From Gemmatimonadota bacterium (lineage in GTDB: Bacteria; Gemmatimonadota; Gemmatimonadetes; Longimicrobiales; Gaopeijiaceae), in the NCBI GenBank assembly GCA_034521595.1, contig JAXHMG010000003.1, positions 832,001 through 896,000 on the forward strand: a DNA stretch of 64,000 nucleotides, in the 5' to 3' direction. The notes under the pieces were generated by a model, which was not told the origin of the DNA, searched no databases, and saw nothing but the letters and a program-made list of their open reading frames with translations. Of the stretch, positions 47,128 to 57,084 are shown in pieces (the stretch's first letter is position 1; the number at the start of each line of letters is the position of its first letter). Made by a program: the position numbers and the translations under genes.

Positions 47128-49751
47128 GCGAGCGCGCCGACACCTTCCTGGTGGGGCTCGACGGACTCGAAGACCCCGAGCCGGACGCCGCACAGGAGAA
47201 GGCATCGCCGCCCTCGAAGCGCCTCACGCTCTCGGCCGAGGCGATCGCGCGGATCAGGGACGAGATCGAGCGTGCGGGGGGGCGGGAGGTGTGCTTCCTC
47301 GCGACGGTCGACGAGCACCGGGCCGTCCACGATCCTCGTGCCGTCTCCCGCGGGAATCACGAGGCGGTGCTGGTGGCTGCCCGCGACGCGCCGGAGGGAG
47401 GTCTGATGGTGCACAACCATCCTTCGGGCGTGCTCGAGCCCTCCGAGGCGGACATGCGGGTCGCCGGACGCCTGTACGAGGAAGGATTGGGGACGGCCAT
47501 CGTCGATAACCGGGCGGAAGGCCTCTACGTGGTGGTCGAGCCGCCCACGCCCCGGGTCGTGCGGCCGCTGAGCGTCGAGAAAGTACAGGAGACGCTCGGT
47601 CCGCACGGGCCTCTCGCGGAGGGGATGGGGGGCTACGAAGACCGCCCCGGCCAGCGGAGCATGGCCGCTCTCGTGACGGAATCCTACAACGACGGGGGCG
47701 TCACCCTGGTGGAAGCCGGGACCGGCACGGGCAAGTCGCTGGCGTACCTGGTGCCCGCGGCCAAGTGGGCCCTGCAGAACGGAGAGCGGACGATCCTCTC
47801 CACGAACACCATCAACCTCCAGGAACAGCTCGTCGGGAAGGATCTTCCCCTGGTGGAGAAGCTCGTCGGAGACGTCTCCTGGGCGCTCGTGAAGGGTCGG
47901 GGCAACTACGTTTCGATCCGAAGGGCGCTGCTGGCCGCCGACGGACAGGAGAGCCTGTTCGAGGACGATCGCTCGAGCGAGATGAAGGCGCTGTTGGAGT
48001 GGATGGAGACGAGCGACGACGGATCCCTTTCCGATCTGGACTTCGTGCCGTCCGACGATGTGTGGGAGGAGGTGCGCAGTGATCCGGACATGTGCCTGCG
48101 GGCGCGCTGTCCCCACTTCCAGGAGTGCTTCTACCAGCGTTCCCGGAGACGGGCGGCTTCGGCTCAGCTCCTCGTCGTCAACCACCACCTCCTCTTCACC
48201 GACCTCGCGGTGCGGCGGGCGACGGGGAACTACACGCAGGCCGCCGTCCTCCCCTCGTACAAGCGGGTGGTGCTCGACGAGGCACACAACGTCGAGGACT
48301 CGGCGACGTCGCATCTCGGCGTCGAGCTGACCCGACGTGGCATGTACCGTACCCTGTCCCGCCTCGATCGGCGGGGGCGGGGGATCCTGACCGCGGTCCA
48401 CGAGGCCCTCACGGGCGGAACCGACGGCGGCGAGCTCCGGGAGCGGCTGGAGAACCGGGTGCGCCCCTCGGTGGCGACGGCGCGATCGGCCCTCGAAGGA
48501 CTCCTCGAGCGCCTGGAGGGCCTCGTCACCGATGATGCCGGCGTGGTTCGTCTCGGTCCTCGGGGCATCGGAGAGCCCGCGGAAGACGCGGAAGTCGACG
48601 AGCCACTCCGTGCGGCCCTTCGCGCGCTCACCACGCTTCAGCGGGAGGTGGCCGAGCTCCGTGCCCGCCTCGAGCTACGGGACGATCTCTCGGAACGGCT
48701 CGAGGGCCGGCTGCTCGATCTGCGGTCCGTGGAGCGCCGGATCGCGGCCGCCGTGCACGGGCTCCGGCTCATCCTCGTGCCGAACGACGATTCCGCGCGG
48801 TACGTGCGTTGGTTGGAGTCGCGCGGCCGCGGCCGAAGGCGGAATCTGGCCCTCGCTGCGGCGCCGGTCGAGCTCGGTGCCTTGCTCCGCGAGTCGCTCT
48901 TCACACGCGCCGAGACGACGGTTCTGACCAGCGCGAGCCTGACGACTCGGGGGACCTTCGACTTCATGAAGGCGAGGCTCGGGCTCGAGGTGCGCCCGAC
49001 GTCGGACGAGGCGAACGAGGTCGGGACCGTACGCGAGCGGATGATCGCTTCGCCGTTCGACTTCGAGCGGCACACGCTCCTGGTGGTGCCGACGGGCCAG
49101 GGGGCCCCGGATGAGCACGGAAACGCGTGGAACGAGCGCACTCCGGACGATCCGACGGCGCTGCGCGTGGGAGAGCTGGCCGCCATTACCGACGGCGGCC
49201 TCTTCGTGCTCTTCACCTCCCACGCCGCGTTGCGTCGGACGTCGGATGCGCTCCGGCGGGGAGGCATCGAGGCGCGCTGGCCCCTTTTCGTCCAGGGCGA
49301 AGGTCAGCGTCACGACCTCGTCGACCGGTTCGTGGCGGCCGGCCGCGGGATCCTCCTCGGCACGAACTCCTTCTGGGAAGGTGTGGACGTGCCCGGCGAG
49401 CCCTTGCGGGGGCTGGTCATCCACAAGCTGCCGTTCCGGGTGCCGACCGAGCCCATCACCGCCGCCCGTATGGAGGCCGTCGAGGCCGCTGGAGGGGACT
49501 CGTTTCGGGACTTCATGCTGCCGCATGCGGCGCTGCGGCTCAAGCAGGGCTTCGGCCGGCTCGTGCGCGGTCACGAGGACAAGGGGGTCGTCATCGTGTT
49601 GGACGACCGACTCGTCACCCGCCGCTACGGCGGGTATCTCCGCTCCTCCCTGCCGCCCGCCCCACTCGTGAAGGGTGCGTGGCACGACGTGGAACGCCGC
49701 ATCGGGGCGTTCTACGGCACTTCACTTGGTCGAGGAAGGGTCGCGCCCTAA
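47124..49751 (+). CDS. DinG/YoaA family SF2 helicase with N-terminal JAB/MPN (RadC-like) domain
   Basis: E..HNHPSG.LEPSEAD; Q motif EDRPGQ, AGTGTGKS, DEAH, LTSAS, FWEGVDVPG, KLPF, QGFGRLVR; GTG overlaps the upstream stop. Confidence 0.9.
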   Translation: MSERADTFLVGLDGLEDPEPDAAQEKASPPSKRLTLSAEAIARIRDEIERAGGREVCFLATVDEHRAVHDPRAVSRGNHEAVLVAARDAPEGGLMVHNHPSGVLEPSEADMRVAGRLYEEGLGTAIVDNRAEGLYVVVEPPTPRVVRPLSVEKVQETLGPHGPLAEGMGGYEDRPGQRSMAALVTESYNDGGVTLVEAGTGTGKSLAYLVPAAKWALQNGERTILSTNTINLQEQLVGKDLPLVEKLVGDVSWALVKGRGNYVSIRRALLAADGQESLFEDDRSSEMKALLEWMETSDDGSLSDLDFVPSDDVWEEVRSDPDMCLRARCPHFQECFYQRSRRRAASAQLLVVNHHLLFTDLAVRRATGNYTQAAVLPSYKRVVLDEAHNVEDSATSHLGVELTRRGMYRTLSRLDRRGRGILTAVHEALTGGTDGGELRERLENRVRPSVATARSALEGLLERLEGLVTDDAGVVRLGPRGIGEPAEDAEVDEPLRAALRALTTLQREVAELRARLELRDDLSERLEGRLLDLRSVERRIAAAVHGLRLILVPNDDSARYVRWLESRGRGRRRNLALAAAPVELGALLRESLFTRAETTVLTSASLTTRGTFDFMKARLGLEVRPTSDEANEVGTVRERMIASPFDFERHTLLVVPTGQGAPDEHGNAWNERTPDDPTALRVGELAAITDGGLFVLFTSHAALRRTSDALRRGGIEARWPLFVQGEGQRHDLVDRFVAAGRGILLGTNSFWEGVDVPGEPLRGLVIHKLPFRVPTEPITAARMEAVEAAGGDSFRDFMLPHAALRLKQGFGRLVRGHEDKGVVIVLDDRLVTRRYGGYLRSSLPPAPLVKGAWHDVERRIGAFYGTSLGRGRVAP

Positions 49752-49839
49752 ATTCAGCCGACCGGGTCCCGGGCGCCGTGGTGGATGCTCACCACGGGCT
49801 CGGCGGCCATCCACGGACCCCACAAACGACACGCTTCTC

Positions 49840-50040
49840 ATGACACGCATCTTCGGTATGGCCGTTGGCGTCGTGTACCTCGGCATCGCCTTCGGCGCCT
49901 ATCGGAATTCGAGCAACGGATGGGAGGCAGGACACGCGGACCTGGGCTTTTGGTGGGCCGTGATCGGAGTCCTGCTCACTATCGCCTCGCTGGGCGCCCT
50001 GATCGGGACCTGGCTGCACACGCGCACCCCCCGCCCGTAA
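49840..50040 (+). CDS. Small two-TM membrane protein
   Basis: MTRIFGMAVGVVYLGIAFGAY...GFWWAVIGVLLTIASLGALIG. Confidence 0.6.
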   Translation: MTRIFGMAVGVVYLGIAFGAYRNSSNGWEAGHADLGFWWAVIGVLLTIASLGALIGTWLHTRTPRP

Positions 50041-50098
50041 CGGTCCACGGCCCCGAGCCGCCCGGACGCCGGCTTTCTCCCCGTTTTCCCCGGTCGCC

Positions 50099-50734
50099 AT
50101 GTCTGCTAAAACCGAGCTCCGCCCTTCCAAGATCGTCTGCGTCGGAAAGAACTACGCCAAGCATGCCGCTGAGATGGGCGGCGAGGTGCCCGAGGAGCCG
50201 TTGCTCTTCCTCAAGGCGCCGTCCGCGCTCATCGGTGACGGCGAAGAGATCGTCATGCCGAAATGGGCCGGTCGGGTCGACTACGAGGGAGAGATCGCGG
50301 TCGTGATCGGTCGGCGCGCGACGCGGATCGATGCCGCGGACGGTTGGAGCTACGTACGCGGCATCCTCCCGCTCAACGACGTGACGGCCCGCGACCTCCA
50401 GGCTTCGGACAATCAGTGGAGCCGGGCCAAGGGCTTCGACACGTTCTGTCCCGTGGGCGACGTGGTGCCCGTCGACGAGGTCGACCTCGATGCGCTGTCG
50501 GTCACCACGCGGGTCAACGGGGAGGTTCGCCAGCAAGGCGAAGTCGGGGACATGGTCTTCAAGGTGCCCGACGTCCTCGCCCATATCACTCGTGCGATGA
50601 CGCTCGAGCCCGGCGACATCGTCGCGACCGGGACGCCCGACGGGATCGGCCCGCTCCAACCCGGCGACCGGGTCGAGGTCGAGGTGGGTGGCGTGGGCAC
50701 CGTATCCAACCCGGTGGTCGAGGCGGACCAATGA
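50099..50734 (+). CDS. Fumarylacetoacetate hydrolase family protein (FAHD1/YcgM-like)
   Basis: KIVCVGKNYAKH, FLKAPS, DYEGE, NDVTARD, AKGFDTFCP, TGTPDG. Confidence 0.93.
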   Translation: MSAKTELRPSKIVCVGKNYAKHAAEMGGEVPEEPLLFLKAPSALIGDGEEIVMPKWAGRVDYEGEIAVVIGRRATRIDAADGWSYVRGILPLNDVTARDLQASDNQWSRAKGFDTFCPVGDVVPVDEVDLDALSVTTRVNGEVRQQGEVGDMVFKVPDVLAHITRAMTLEPGDIVATGTPDGIGPLQPGDRVEVEVGGVGTVSNPVVEADQ

Positions 50735-51894
50735 TCCGCACGAGTGCCCGCTACGGAAGGCTCCCCGCCTTCCCGCTGGCACAGATGAAAGCGACCCGGG
50801 CGCAGCTCGAGAGCGAAGGGGTCGACGTGATCGACCTGGGCGCGGGAGATTCGGGGCTCCCACCGCCGCCGGCGGCGGTGTCACGCCTCCGCGAGGTGTC
50901 TGAAGACCCGACCTACTCCAGCTATCCGTTCCAGCGCGGATTGCCCGAGTTCAGGGAGGCCGTGTCCCGCTGGATGAAGCGTCGGTTCGGGCTGGACGTG
51001 GATCCGTGGACCGAAGTGCTTCCGCTCATCGGCTCCAAGGACGGGATCGCCCACATGCCCTTCGCGTTCATGGATCCGGGCGAGGTGGGCATCATCCCGG
51101 ATCCGGGCTATACGCCGTACGTGGGCGGCGTGACGCTGGCGGGGGGCGAGCCCCACCTGGTTCCCCTGCGACCGGAGCACGACTTCCTCATACCGCTGTC
51201 GGAGGTTCCGGACGACGTCGCGGCACGGACCCGGATCCTCTACCTGAACTATCCGAACAACCCGACGACCGCGGTGGCCCCGGACGCGTATTACCGGGAA
51301 GCGATCGACTTCTGCCGCGAACGGGGCGCGCTTCTCGCGCACGACCATGCGTACTCGGAGCTCGCTTTCGATGGCTACCGACCCTCCAGCGTGCTCGAAT
51401 TCGACGGGGCGGGGGAGGTCGCGCTCGAGTTCCACTCGCTGTCCAAGACGTACAACATGACCGGATGGCGACTGGGCTGGGCGGTGGGTCGGCCGGAGCT
51501 CATCGCGGCGCTCCAGACCGTGAAGACGTTCGTCGACACCGGACAGTTTCTGGCCGTCCAAGCCGCCGGCGCCGCCGCGCTCGATGCGTGGGACACGTGG
51601 GTCCCGGGGAACGTGGCGACGTTTCAGCGCCGCAGGGACGCGCTGGTGGAGGCGCTTCGGCGCGCCGGCTTCGACGTAGCGCTCCCGCGGGCCACGATGT
51701 ACGTCTGGGTTCCCTTGCCCGAAGGGATCGGCTCGTCCGAGGAGTTCGCGCGTCAAGCTCTTGAAGAGCAGGGCGTGATGGTGCTCCCGGGCGCCACGCT
51801 CGGCAAGGGTGGTGAAGGATTCTTCCGGGCGGCTCTCACCGCTTCCGAAGATCGCCTCGCGGAAGCGGGACGTCGGCTCGGAGCCCTGCTCTGA
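50731..51894 (+). CDS. PLP-dependent class I/II aminotransferase (LL-DAP aminotransferase/MtnE-like)
   Basis: LIGSKDG, PDPGY, NYPNNPT, DHAYSE, SLSKTYNMTGWRLG. Confidence 0.88.
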   Translation: MIRTSARYGRLPAFPLAQMKATRAQLESEGVDVIDLGAGDSGLPPPPAAVSRLREVSEDPTYSSYPFQRGLPEFREAVSRWMKRRFGLDVDPWTEVLPLIGSKDGIAHMPFAFMDPGEVGIIPDPGYTPYVGGVTLAGGEPHLVPLRPEHDFLIPLSEVPDDVAARTRILYLNYPNNPTTAVAPDAYYREAIDFCRERGALLAHDHAYSELAFDGYRPSSVLEFDGAGEVALEFHSLSKTYNMTGWRLGWAVGRPELIAALQTVKTFVDTGQFLAVQAAGAAALDAWDTWVPGNVATFQRRRDALVEALRRAGFDVALPRATMYVWVPLPEGIGSSEEFARQALEEQGVMVLPGATLGKGGEGFFRAALTASEDRLAEAGRRLGALL

Positions 51895-51955
51895 GGGGGC
51901 GGACCCCCGAAAACCGCCCGAGGAACTGCATTTCCGGCGCGGGTTAGCAGGCTAC

Positions 51956-52783
51956 ATGATCGATCGGGCCGGCGGCGACGATACTTCCTCGGACCGGAGC
52001 GCCGCCACCCGGCGTCCGGATCACGGGTCACGCCGACTCGTGTGGACCGCCATCGGCTTTTCGGCGGTGCTCCACCTCATCGCCATCGCCATCTATCCGG
52101 TTCTTTTCGACCGCCTCAGGCCCGAGGCCGTCTCGTTCCCCCTCGACCCGGAGACGAGCGAGCCGCAAGGCGTCGAGCTCATGCAGTTGGTCGAGCTCGA
52201 CGACAGCGAGGCGGGCGAGCCACCGGAGGAACCCGAGTACGCGGCCGATCCGGTGGTGCCGGGCATGCGCTTCGATCTCCCCCCGCTGAACGAAGGAGTG
52301 GAGGTGGAGCTCGCGCCGCCCCCTTCGAACGCGGCCGAGCGTCTGCGCCCGAATCTCACGAATACCCGGCTTTGGGCTCCGCTGAGCCGCGTGCTCGGTG
52401 AGCTCACACCCGCGCGGCGGGAGGAGCTGTTGGTCTCGGGCCGCCTCCAGGAGTGGTACGATTCGGTGCGCGTCGCCGAGGACGAGGAGCGCGCCCTCAC
52501 GGACTGGACCTTCACCGACGACGAGGGCGGGCGTTGGGGCGTGAGCGACGGGCGGATCCACCTCGGCGACTACTCGCTGCCGCTTCCGTTCGACTTCGGT
52601 GTGACGCCGTCGGAGCGGGCCGAGGTGAATCGACGCCTCGACCAGTGGGAAGCGATCGAGCGCCAGGGCCGGAGAATGGAGATACGGGACTCCTGGCGGG
52701 CGCGCTCCGAAGCGATCCGCGAGCGGCGGGATCGCGAGCGCGCGGCCGGAGACTCCACGGGGGGCGGCCCGGACTCGCGATGA
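51956..52783 (+). CDS. Membrane-anchored protein with TolA/TonB-type S-x3-H TM helix
   Basis: Single TM AIGFSAVLHLIAIAIY, acidic/Pro linker, C-terminal DWT..WGVS.GRIHLG domain. Confidence 0.65.
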   Translation: MIDRAGGDDTSSDRSAATRRPDHGSRRLVWTAIGFSAVLHLIAIAIYPVLFDRLRPEAVSFPLDPETSEPQGVELMQLVELDDSEAGEPPEEPEYAADPVVPGMRFDLPPLNEGVEVELAPPPSNAAERLRPNLTNTRLWAPLSRVLGELTPARREELLVSGRLQEWYDSVRVAEDEERALTDWTFTDDEGGRWGVSDGRIHLGDYSLPLPFDFGVTPSERAEVNRRLDQWEAIERQGRRMEIRDSWRARSEAIRERRDRERAAGDSTGGGPDSR

Positions 52784-52870
52784 GGTGATGCCCGTCGCCG
52801 GGTTCCGAAGCTTCGCCGGGCTCGCCATCTTCTGACGTTCCGTGACGTCTGTCTGCCTCGTCCCTTCCAC

Positions 52871-55654
52871 ATGCGAACGCCCGTGAGTCACGAGCTCGCC
52901 CCCCGCCTCGATCCCGGTGCCATCGAGCCCGCCCGTTACCGTGCCTGGCTCGAGGGAGGCTATTTCCACGTGCCGGCGTCCGCCGTCCTGGAGGAGGGAC
53001 GAGAGCCGTACGTCATCGTCATCCCGCCGCCCAACGTCACGGCGGTGCTCCACATGGGGCACGGGCTGAACAACACCGTCCAGGACGTGCTCATCCGGTG
53101 GCGCCGAATGCAGGGGCGCGCCGCGCTCTGGGTGCCCGGCACCGACCACGCGGGCATCGCCACGCAGAACGTGGTGGAGCGTCAGCTCGCAGCCGAGGGG
53201 CTTCACCGGGAGGACCTCGGCCGGGAGGCGTTCGTGGAGCGTGTCTGGAGCTTCGTCAACGAGACGGGCGGGGTGATCCTGGACCAGCTCAAGGCGATCG
53301 GGGCTTCGCTGGACTGGGAACGCACCCGCTTCACCCTCGATCCCGAGCTCAGCCGCGCGGTTCGCGAGGTCTTCGTGCACCTGTACGAGAAGGACCTCAT
53401 CTACCGGGGCGAGTACATCATCAACTGGTGCCCGCGCTGCCTCACCGCGCTCTCGAACGAGGAGGCTGAAGGTGCGGAGAGCGTCGGCTCGCTCTGGCAT
53501 TTCCGGTACCCTGTGGCGCCCGAGGCCCAGGAGGCCGCGGAAGCCGCGCACCGGGCGAGCGCCGAGAGTGACCGACCGGGCGCCATCGGTCGCTTCGAGG
53601 ATGGCCGCTGGTACGTGACGGTCTCGACGACCCGGCCCGAGACCATGCTCGGCGACACGGGCGTGGCCGTACATCCCGATGATGAGCGATATGGGGCCCT
53701 CGTCGGGGCCGAGGTCGAGCTCCCGTTGACGGGTCGCCGCATTCCCGTGGTCGCGGACGTCCATGTCGACCCGTCGTTCGGCTCGGGGATGGTCAAGGTC
53801 ACCCCCGCGCACGACATCAACGACTTCGAGATCGCGGGCCGTACCGGCCTGGAGATCCTCGACGTCATGAACCCGGACGCGACCTTGAACGAGGAGGTCC
53901 CCGAGCGGTTCCGGGGCTTGGATCGGTCCGAGGCCCGCGAGCGTGTCCTCGGCGCCCTCGACGAAGCGGGGCTCCTGGTCGACCGTGAGGAGCACACCTA
54001 TTCGGTCCCGCAGTGCTATCGGTGCGACACCGTGGTCGAGCCGAGGCTCTCGGATCAGTGGTTCGTGCGCATGGAACCGCTCGCCCAGCCGGCTCTGGCG
54101 GCGGCTAGGGACGGAAGCATCTCGTTTACCCCGGCCCACTGGAAGCGCGTCTACGAGCACTGGATGGAGAACATCCGGGACTGGTGCATCTCCCGTCAGC
54201 TCTGGTGGGGCCACCGCATTCCCGTCTGGTACTGCTCCTGTGGCGAGGTGATCGTCGCCCGCGAGGACCCGGACCGCTGTCCTCAGTGCGGCAGCACCGA
54301 GCTCGAACAGGACCCGGACGTTCTCGATACCTGGTTCAGCTCGCAGCTCTGGCCGTTCTCGGTCTTCGGGTGGCCCGAGGAAACCGACGACCTCGAGGCC
54401 TTCTATCCGGGCCACGCCATGGTCACGGCGCCGGAGATCCTGTTCTTCTGGGTCGCGCGCATGGTCATGATGGGCTACGAGTTCCACGGGGAGGCGCCGT
54501 TCAGCCAGATCTACCTGCACGGAACGGTCCGGGACGCGCACGGGCGCAAGATGTCGAAATCGCTCGGCAACGGAATCGACCCGCTCGACGTCGTGGAGCG
54601 GTTCGGCGCGGACGCGATGCGCTACACGATCGTCAGCCAATGCGCGGTCGGCACGGACATCAGCCTGGACCACGAGGACGTGGAAGGAGCGTTCGCGAAC
54701 GGGCGAAACTTCGCGAACAAGATCTGGAACGCCGGACGCTTCGCCCTGATGAGTCTCGGCGAGGAGCCCGTGCGGCCCCTCGAGGACGTGGAGGGTGACC
54801 TCCGGCTCGAAGATCGCTGGATCCTGACCCGCACGACCCGGGCCGGCCGCAGCGCGACCCGGGCGCTCGAGCGGTTCCGCCTTCACGACGCCGCGGAGAG
54901 TCTGTACCACTATTTCTGGGGCGACGTCTGCGACTGGTACCTGGAAGTCGTCAAAGGTCGGCTGGGACCCGATGCCGATCCGGCGAGCCGCGAAGCGGCC
55001 CGCTCCACGCTGGTGACCGTGCTCGACCGTGCGCTGCGGCTCCTGCATCCGGTCGTGCCGTTCGTCACGGCGGAGCTGTGGTCGAAGCTTCCCTGGCCGG
55101 ACGGGCTCGAGCGTCCGGACGACCTCATCATCGCGCCGTGGCCCGACGGTGCCGACGGCTTCGAGGATGCTGACGCGGAAGGCAGGATGGACGACGTGCG
55201 CGCGTTCGTCGTCGAGGTCCGACGGCTCCGAAAGGAGTACGGCATTCCCGAGGGTCAGCGCATCACGGTGCACGTGACCGGCGGGCCGGAGAGCTTCACG
55301 CCCGCGCTCGAGAACCAGGCCACTGCGCTCGAGCGGCTCGCCCGCGTGGAGCGGGTCGACTCCGTGGGAGCGTCGGGCGTGGGGGGGCATGCCGTGCTCG
55401 AAAACGGCGCCGAGCTGTTCGTGCCCCTCGAGGGCGTGATCGACATCGCCCGTGAGGTCGAGCGGCTCCAGGACGAGATCGCTCGCTTGGATAAGCAACT
55501 CGAGGGTACGCGCGCCCGACTGGCCAACGAAAAGTTCACGTCGAACGCGCCCCCCGAGGTCGTGCAGAAGGAGCGGGACAAGGCCGCCCAGCTCGAGGAG
55601 CAGGAGAGCAAGCTGCGCGAGAAGCTGGAGGGGCTGGAGGCGGGCGCGTCCTGA
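52871..55654 (+). CDS. valS: Valine--tRNA ligase
   Basis: PPPNVT..LHMGH, GTDHAGIATQ, TTRPET, DWCISRQLWWGHRIP, KMSKS, C-terminal coiled coil. Confidence 0.97.
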   Translation: MRTPVSHELAPRLDPGAIEPARYRAWLEGGYFHVPASAVLEEGREPYVIVIPPPNVTAVLHMGHGLNNTVQDVLIRWRRMQGRAALWVPGTDHAGIATQNVVERQLAAEGLHREDLGREAFVERVWSFVNETGGVILDQLKAIGASLDWERTRFTLDPELSRAVREVFVHLYEKDLIYRGEYIINWCPRCLTALSNEEAEGAESVGSLWHFRYPVAPEAQEAAEAAHRASAESDRPGAIGRFEDGRWYVTVSTTRPETMLGDTGVAVHPDDERYGALVGAEVELPLTGRRIPVVADVHVDPSFGSGMVKVTPAHDINDFEIAGRTGLEILDVMNPDATLNEEVPERFRGLDRSEARERVLGALDEAGLLVDREEHTYSVPQCYRCDTVVEPRLSDQWFVRMEPLAQPALAAARDGSISFTPAHWKRVYEHWMENIRDWCISRQLWWGHRIPVWYCSCGEVIVAREDPDRCPQCGSTELEQDPDVLDTWFSSQLWPFSVFGWPEETDDLEAFYPGHAMVTAPEILFFWVARMVMMGYEFHGEAPFSQIYLHGTVRDAHGRKMSKSLGNGIDPLDVVERFGADAMRYTIVSQCAVGTDISLDHEDVEGAFANGRNFANKIWNAGRFALMSLGEEPVRPLEDVEGDLRLEDRWILTRTTRAGRSATRALERFRLHDAAESLYHYFWGDVCDWYLEVVKGRLGPDADPASREAARSTLVTVLDRALRLLHPVVPFVTAELWSKLPWPDGLERPDDLIIAPWPDGADGFEDADAEGRMDDVRAFVVEVRRLRKEYGIPEGQRITVHVTGGPESFTPALENQATALERLARVERVDSVGASGVGGHAVLENGAELFVPLEGVIDIAREVERLQDEIARLDKQLEGTRARLANEKFTSNAPPEVVQKERDKAAQLEEQESKLREKLEGLEAGAS

Positions 55655-55656
55655 CG

Positions 55657-57084
55657 ATGGGGAGTGGAGCGCGCCGGGGATGGCCGGCCGTCGCCGGCCG
55701 CTGGTCCGTGCTCGCCGGCGCGGTCGCGTTGGCGGGAGCGAGCGGCTGTGCCCGGCAGAGCGCGCCCCCCGGAGGGCCGCCGGACAACCGCCCGCCCGTG
55801 GTGACCGCCACGGTGCCGGAGGCCTTCGACGACGTGCCCGACTTCGAAGGCCCGGTTCGCTTCGAGTTCAACGAGCGCATCAGCGAGCAGGCGGGGGCCG
55901 GCGCGTTGGACGAGGCCGTCACGGTCTCGCCCGCCACGGGCGAAGTCCGGGTCAGTCACGGGAGAAGCAGCCTCTCCGTCGACGTCGAAGGGGGCTTTCA
56001 CCCGAACGTCGTATACCGGATCACCTTGCACGCGGTCGTCCGTGACATGTTCGGGAACGCGCTCCGCGATCCCTTCGAGCTCGTTTTCACGACCGGTGCC
56101 GAAGCCGAGCCCACCACGGTGGCCGGCGAGGTCTGGGACCGGATCACTGGTCAAGGGATGTCCGGGTTGAGGCTGCACGCCGTCGGACCCGACACGCTCC
56201 CGCACGTGGCCGTCTCGGGCCAAGACGGGATCTATGCGTTCCGCTACCTGCCCGGAGGAAGCTACACGGTGCGGGCGTTCGACGACGTGGATCGCGACCG
56301 GGAGGCGGGGCCCAACGAGTTGCAGGGCCGGGTCGAGGTCACGGTCGAGCCGGCCGACACCGCGTTCGTCGACGTGCCCGTCCTCACGCCGGATACCACG
56401 GCGGCGGTGCTGCTCGGGGCGGAGGCACTCGATTCCGTGACTCTGGCGCTCCGCTTCGACGACTACCTGGATCCCGGCGCGTCGCTGGACGAAGCCGAGA
56501 TCGAGCTCGAGGCGCCCATGAACGGAACGGCCCCGACTCCGGCCCGGCGCTTTCACGAGGAAGCCTACCGCGACTACGTGGAGATGGTATCCGACTCCCT
56601 GGCCCGCGTGGACTCGATCGCTCGGGCCAACGCGGTCGAGCCCCTGCCCGTCGCCGAGCCCCTCGACCGGTTGGGACCGGACGACCCGGACGCGGCTCCC
56701 GAGCCCGACACGGTCACGGGTCCTGACGGCGTCCCTGCTCCGGACAGCCTCACCGACACGCTCACCGACACGCCCACCGACCCGGTCGCTCCGGCCGTCC
56801 CCGAGAGGCGGGGGCCTCCGGAGCTCGAGGGGCCTGACGCGCCGGGAGCCGCGGCTGCCCGGGCCCGGGGCAGGGCGCTGCCCGGGAGGCGCATCGTGAT
56901 CGTGCTGGACGAGCCGCTCGAGCAGGAGGTCGTCTACGAGGTCGTGGTGCGCGAGGTCGCGAACGTGAACGGATTGGGCGGCGGAGGAGGAGGGGTGGAG
57001 GTCACGTTCTCGGGGCCCGAAGAGGAGGAAGTCCCACCTGAAGGGGAGGGGCCCGGCACCGCCGAGTCGGGAGGAGGCCGATGA
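55657..57084 (+). CDS. Lipoprotein with Ig-like (Big_5-type) and further beta-sandwich domains
   Basis: Lipobox ASGC followed by ARQSAPPGGPPD..PP; FEFNE; DMFGN. Confidence 0.75.
   Translation: MGSGARRGWPAVAGRWSVLAGAVALAGASGCARQSAPPGGPPDNRPPVVTATVPEAFDDVPDFEGPVRFEFNERISEQAGAGALDEAVTVSPATGEVRVSHGRSSLSVDVEGGFHPNVVYRITLHAVVRDMFGNALRDPFELVFTTGAEAEPTTVAGEVWDRITGQGMSGLRLHAVGPDTLPHVAVSGQDGIYAFRYLPGGSYTVRAFDDVDRDREAGPNELQGRVEVTVEPADTAFVDVPVLTPDTTAAVLLGAEALDSVTLALRFDDYLDPGASLDEAEIELEAPMNGTAPTPARRFHEEAYRDYVEMVSDSLARVDSIARANAVEPLPVAEPLDRLGPDDPDAAPEPDTVTGPDGVPAPDSLTDTLTDTPTDPVAPAVPERRGPPELEGPDAPGAAAARARGRALPGRRIVIVLDEPLEQEVVYEVVVREVANVNGLGGGGGGVEVTFSGPEEEEVPPEGEGPGTAESGGGR

Noticed and set aside
52784-52870. 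T-box or tRNA upstream of valS
   Set aside because: Too short; no T-box consensus or cloverleaf.
52028-55498. 1156-aa minus-strand ORF
   Set aside because: Antisense shadow of valS and its upstream gene; stop-free antisense frames are expected with high-GC codon bias, and it has no recognisable motifs.
56749-56781. 12-bp tandem repeat (CTCACCGACACG x2 plus a partial copy)
   Set aside because: Short in-frame repeat in a Pro/Asp-rich linker; not CRISPR-like and has no spacers.
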